In this document: piece after piece, positions 58,587-64,000 of the stretch
How positions within the stretch are numbered: position 1 is the stretch's first letter
How the letters are laid out: every line of letters begins with the position of its first letter
NCBI RefSeq assembly: GCF_000143415.4
Contig: NW_003314384.1
Coordinates: 248,001-312,000, forward strand
Source of the DNA: Selaginella moellendorffii
Lineage: Eukaryota; Plantae; Lycopodiophyta
Length of the DNA: 64,000 nucleotides
Direction: 5' to 3'
Made by a program: the position numbers and the translations under genes
The notes under the pieces: model-generated
Seen by the model: only the letters and a program-made list of their open reading frames with translations
Databases searched by the model: none
Told to the model about the DNA's origin: nothing

Positions 58587-61134
58587 CTCGCTACGTGCTG
58601 GGTTCCGTCTCGAGAAATTTGTCTGTATAAATTGAAATCAAGGAAAATTTTCGTAGTCGATTGTTCGGGAAAGAAACGAAACGGAGAAAAAGGAAGCAGA
58701 GAAATGTAAACAAAATAGAAGCATGTTTGAAAAGGACTGTACAACTACATGTTCATCCGGCTAAAATATAAAAATAAAAATAAAAATAATGGAGTTTTTG
58801 TTTCTTCTCGCTGGAGCCCTCTCAGCATCCTAGAGCTAAGTTAGCCTTTATTAACTTGCATGGCTGAAAAAAATTCCTCCTCTTCCTTCTCTTTTTTGTA
58901 TTGAGTCCATAGGGATGGTGTGATGGTGAGGAGCTTTTGCCTGTGACGATTAGAATTCGTGGATGGAAGGGCTTAGCAAAGCTTGGATGCTTGAAGTAAC
59001 TTGTGTGCTGCCTCGAGTTTCTCTTCCTCGCCCGCTCAAACACGGGAACGAGAGTGGACGCTCGTGCTGGATGCTGGTCTCTTAGTCAAAAACTCGTGAT
59101 GAAAGGTGGTTACGTCAATATCGATTCCATAGCCGTCCACGTACAAGAGCCTGCGCCTTTGACGCTCCCGCGCTCGCTCCATAACCGAGACCATGTGTGT
59201 TGCCGTACAATCCACATATTTGTTTTCTATGCCGGGAAAGGATCCTGTGACTTGCTACATCTGTTCCCTTCTATGGTTGCCTGCTGGCGCTCTTCTACTT
59301 GTGGCTGCACGTCCCGGCCGGCAGCACAGCATCTGCGCCTAGCTCTCAGCCTTTGCCGCTACGAGGATCCTGGCACTGGCCAGTTGCCGACATTGCTTGC
59401 TTCTCCAACATCCAGCGTTGATCGACATCATGTCACAGCTCCATCGTGTAAGCAAGAATCTCCAGTAGCAGCCGCGGCTGGACTCTCGGCGACCTTCCTT
59501 GCATGAATTTTCACTCTTTGGTTAGAGATATTCGATACTACCGTCCTGAAGGTTCATTCCTCGCTTTTATTTATGCCATTCGCTCTCTCAGCCGTCAACC
59601 CGCGGTCGAGATCCAAGCCAAGACGAGGGTGGAGCTGCAGCAGCAAAGTGACGCCTTCGACGTGACCGAGATGGTGTGCCGGCTCTTCTATACATGCCTA
59701 CTACTACTACCTTCTGTCCTATGTCAAGTATTACCTGCACAAGCATTGCTACAGCGATCGCGACCAGGGGCAGACGTTGCCGCCAGCCATGCCCATGCTT
59801 CACCTGGCACTCTCCTTCGTGCTCAACGTTACCTCCAGCTCGCAGGTGGTGCCACTTTCCTCGAGCGACATTGATATGTCCGAAGGATGATCGAGGTAGA
59901 TAGTGTCCGGTCAAGATCAGCAACGACTATTTCATGTTTCATGAAATAGTCATCTGCTTCGGATGCAGGTTGTCAGATTTGTCTCGAACTGCCGCGGAGT
60001 GCTCCTCCAGCCTGTGGGGTGACAAATGCTTTATACAGTCGCCATAGTGGAGCTCCACACGTCCATTCTGGAGCTCGGCCCGAGCAAGACTGGGGGCCGC
60101 CTCTTCCATTCCTGGTTCCGTTACCCAGCAAAGCTAGAGCCATGGTCGAGCAAATCAATGTGTTTTACAGCCGGCTAGGATGGCCGCAGTGTAGAAACTC
60201 ATCGCTGCTGGAAGAGGCAAGGTCGGGCTCGTAGACAATGACACCGACCGCGTTGCGACCAAGTGCGAGGTGTGCTAAGCCTGCCAAAGGCAAAGCGAAG
60301 GCTGAGGTTGGAAAAGAGCTTCGTGAACTTGTTGGCCGCGGTGAGCTTGCAGGGGGAGGAGGAGCAGGAAGAGTGCAGCTGGATGCTGGACGACCTCCGC
60401 TGCCGTGCAGCTGTTGGAGGCTACCAGATGCTCAAGCCGCTGCTGCCGGTCCTGAAAAACAGGGGTGTCAATCTCCTACATTGTGGAGGTGTGTGCCTGA
60501 TCTTGTTAAACCGACATGGTTCTACGTGTGCATGGGTGGCAGTAGCTGCGATACAGGAAGAATTCGGGGAGCTCCCATCTTTCCAAACTACGCCGACGGC
60601 GGATTCAACTGCCTGCTTCCGATATACATCAAGGCTGATTTCCCTCGGGGCTTCAAGCTGCCCGGTACGGATATCTAGAGCTCCACACCAAGCATGATAA
60701 ATGTTTTGCAGATGCCCCACGGGAGATTTAGCAGCACTTGTCGGAGCCGACCATAACACTGTGCCAAAACGTGACGGAGCCAGTGCTCGGCATGGCAGCG
60801 TGCCCGTGCCAGTTATAGCGCCGCGGACTTGGACGACAAGGCGTTATTGTGCTTGGTGTGCTGCTCCTACACCCACGGAACAAATACCACCTTGAGCGAG
60901 GGGCGGCGAGTGACAAGGCGATTGCTGTGGTCATTGGGAAATGTGAGCTGGGGCCTCTACTTCTCAAGATGCTCAAGGTGGGAGAAGGATCTGATACATT
61001 TGCTTACGATTGCAATGCACTTACTGGTGCTATGAGCAGGAGTTGCAGGGGGGAGGCGAGCAGGAGATGCTTAACAAGCAGCTCGCCTGTTTAGGCCTGG
61101 GATAAGCCTCTTGCACTGCCTTGCTGGTGCTTAA

Positions 61135-64000
61135 CTATGTTGTAGCTCTTGGAGCCTCGGCTCCCTGGCCTGGAAAGTTTTTCAAAAATTGCACTCAAAC
61201 ACAAAATCACTTTGCTATTGCTTACCTTTGAGAGGGAGCGAATCAAAGGCCGAAGGAGTGTTTGGATACTTGACCCTGTGCACGACGCTCCCGCTCTGCT
61301 TGATCATGGACGCTGACTTGTCTTCTTGAGGAGAGCGGGCTCTCAGTAGTGAGAATACGTGATTATTTAGACCCCTTGCTCTTCTTGCATTATCCAGAAA
61401 GTCCTCCAGCTCCTGCACAAAGCCATGCCATGATCGTAAACCTTTCACAAAAATAATCATACGAAGTAAAGATACCTGTCCATATGAAGGACCATACACT
61501 AGAGCTGGCTTCCTTGATCTGTCGTGATGGATGGCGGACTCGGCTTCTTCTACACTTAACAGATGATAAATGAAGTCCAATAGCTCAAAGCGTTGCTGCT
61601 GCCCAAGGAAGTATACAATAGCGCAGCCACCCCAAGCCACCGAGTCACCAAAACACTCAAAGTTCGGGCCGGCCTCGGCAAGTGACTCGCCACAAAACAC
61701 CTGTGCATGCACTTCAGTTTACAGTGATCCTAACAGAACAGGAAAAGAAAAAAAAAACACAAAAGCGTCAAGCTTACGAATTGAATGCCACTGTATATCC
61801 GATGGTACTCCTTGGATGTTGTGATTTCGATGAGCCCCGTCTTCGATGGGGAGCTCCATTTCTCCCGAAAGCTATCGAGTACAACGCTCAGATACGCCAG
61901 TGTGTACTCAAGGACGCTACCAGTTTGGATGTTTTTCATGTACAGCGAGCCTGTGATGAATATTAAGTTAGCGTTAGCAAGCTTGGACGACAACAAACCT
62001 GTAACTTCAGCTTGCTTCCCCATTGCAACGAACGCAGATGGCGCCAAGCACAGTGGATGTGCTGCACACGCGCTGGCGGCCTCTTTAAAAAGAGCCAGGA
62101 AGGGGCTATCTGTGGCGTCAGCAGCGTATCTCTGAAGGCCATTCGGTCCCGGAGCAATGCCCAGCCAAGGTGCTACTTGTACCATCTGACTCGTCTCGGT
62201 TTCTTTCTGCCAGAAAACAAAAAGCTTTGTCAAGAAGAAAGGAAGAAATGAAATGCAGCACCATACCATTGCCATATCCAGCAACGACATAAGGAAGAGC
62301 AACGTTCCAATTTCTTTCAGACATTCTATAAAGTTAACTTTCCCTTCGTAGCTTGTTACCCACTGAAGTTGCTCCTTCAGGATTTTCATTGCCCCTGCAC
62401 AAAGAAACAAATATTAGAACAACTCCAGCAAACTCAGTAGCTCACCCGCAACACCAGCTTCTGGAGTCGGGAGGTTTATCGCCTTCGGCATGGCTCCACG
62501 AAGATCACCAACACTGGAATCTAGAGACGACGTGATCTGTTCAAAACACACGCAATAAAACACTCGGATCAAATGAAAACCACACACTGACCTTTTGAGA
62601 AAGGTGATCCAACAAAGCTCGGATAAGCCAAGGTAGCGAGCGAGAACCCAGCAGCTTGACTATGCACAGCATGTGAGGCAATCCAAAGAACTTGCTGAAA
62701 AGATCGGTGTACATGGCATGTGCCATGTTCAAGTCCTAAGAAACAGAATGTCAACTCAACATGAAAACAATCAGCAACCTTACCGGAGTGCCACAAAGGA
62801 AACTGTAATCCGCGTGGGGAACTGGAGCACGTCGAAAGGCTCGCTGGCAGGCCTTAGGTGACCTGATGAGCCTTAAGCTTGAGTTGCATAAAATGAAGTT
62901 CGGAATAACATCGTTCTGAATCTCCGAGAATATCTAAGGAGGAAAATCATTTAGAAATCGAGTAGCATGAGCTCTACCTGCGATGCTAGTCGAGAAGAAA
63001 ACGACACCATTGAAATATTCTCCATCATTTCCTCCAGGATAAGATTGAACGGATCTAGAGTGAGCTGATCTGCAAGAAGGCAATGCGTAGCTCGGAGAAT
63101 TTCAATTAAATGGTCGAGCTCCTGTGAAGTTGGTTAGGAACAACGTCACAAGTCGAAGTGTTAAACGTACCACAATGGTGCAGAGGTCATGGGATTCAAA
63201 CCGCTCAAGTAAAAAGTCAAGATTTTCGCGGAAAATTTTGTTTAGTCGCTGCTCAATGAGAAAAGCAAGGTCTATGTCCCGTCCCAATATCTGTGTTCAA
63301 CGTGAGCATGCCAACATATAGTTGAAAATGGACATTGAAATACCTGAACTCGCCGCATCTGAAACAATGGCTCGTAACGTTTTGGAAATACCCGGAATTT
63401 GTCCTGAAGTTCGGAACTGGCGACGAATGTTGCATCAAGTTGCTTGCTGAACAGACGTGGTAAATTACGCAACAAATCTAACGCTGCCGGCACACACACC
63501 TTGAAGCCCGACTTTTGTAGTAGGAAAATATGTGCTCACTCAATTTAAAAACCAGCTGGTCAAAGCACAAGTCAACCTGTAACAGACGACGACTTGGCAG
63601 TAAATCCAGCGTGCTTGTGTAATCTACTTACCTCGGCCTCGACCTCATCGTATAGAAAGCGTTGCTTGAGCCTACGGAGCGCATGCTCTGCAGAGTCATT
63701 ATAAATATCAAATGGCACCAAGACGCTCTCGAGTAAAGCAGCATCTTGAGATTCTAGTATATAATCCACCAGCATCCACGGAAAAGAACACTCGATAGGA
63801 AACTGTAACATGCATTCAAAGAACCAGTAACGTCAGTAGAATACTTGACAGCGAGTACCTGTATTACACGAGAAGTTTCCAGATAAAACTCACGGAACCA
63901 GATAAATCCGAGATCGGTGACATGAAAAATCGTAGCTGAATTATCATGTTTAAGGAAGCATGCAGAGAATGAAATGCATAAATTCACCTTTGTAATCGAG
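61135..64000 (-). CDS. PIR: PIR/SRA1/CYFIP subunit of the SCAR/WAVE complex (3' part; 5' end outside window)
   Basis: [54 protein letters not shown]. Terminal micro-exon GQGAEAPRATT* ends at 61135; the unspliced alternative stop is at 61215. Confidence 0.95.

Overview
Gene-dense land-plant nuclear DNA, most likely the lycophyte Selaginella. This is inferred from the very short (about 50-100 bp) GT-AG introns, tiny intergenic spacers and PLS-PPR genes with long arrays of 31-aa SS motifs. About 24 protein genes are supported: an E-rich tail-anchored protein, WNK kinase, ankyrin-kinase (ILK/VIK), PCC13-62 desiccation protein, GCP5, an O-fucosyltransferase, three PPR-E genes, a MAGL/CSE-like hydrolase, RPL35a, a Gly-rich protein, SWEET, PP1, proteasome alpha-6, G-gamma, DPH6, a CYP716-like P450, a small conserved protein, an intronless 2OG-Fe(II) oxygenase, ZNHIT2, a VQ protein and a partial PIR/CYFIP. 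ZNHIT2 also has a tandem pseudogene copy. Region 13.5-24.7 kb is a block of two decayed, back-to-back Ty3/gypsy LTR elements. The most unusual structures are: (1) an LTR element closed by an inverted rather than direct LTR copy; (2) a tandem duplication whose junction is filled by a multiply deleted, inverted copy of the O-fucosyltransferase gene 42 kb away; (3) a perfect 50-bp-arm hairpin; (4) same-strand genes only 40-58 bp apart; (5) a G-gamma with a buried CaaX box; (6) a microbial-type 2OG oxygenase with an NLS. I cannot demonstrate a new multi-gene system from the sequence alone. CDS coordinates span first to last codon including introns, with exons read by eye.
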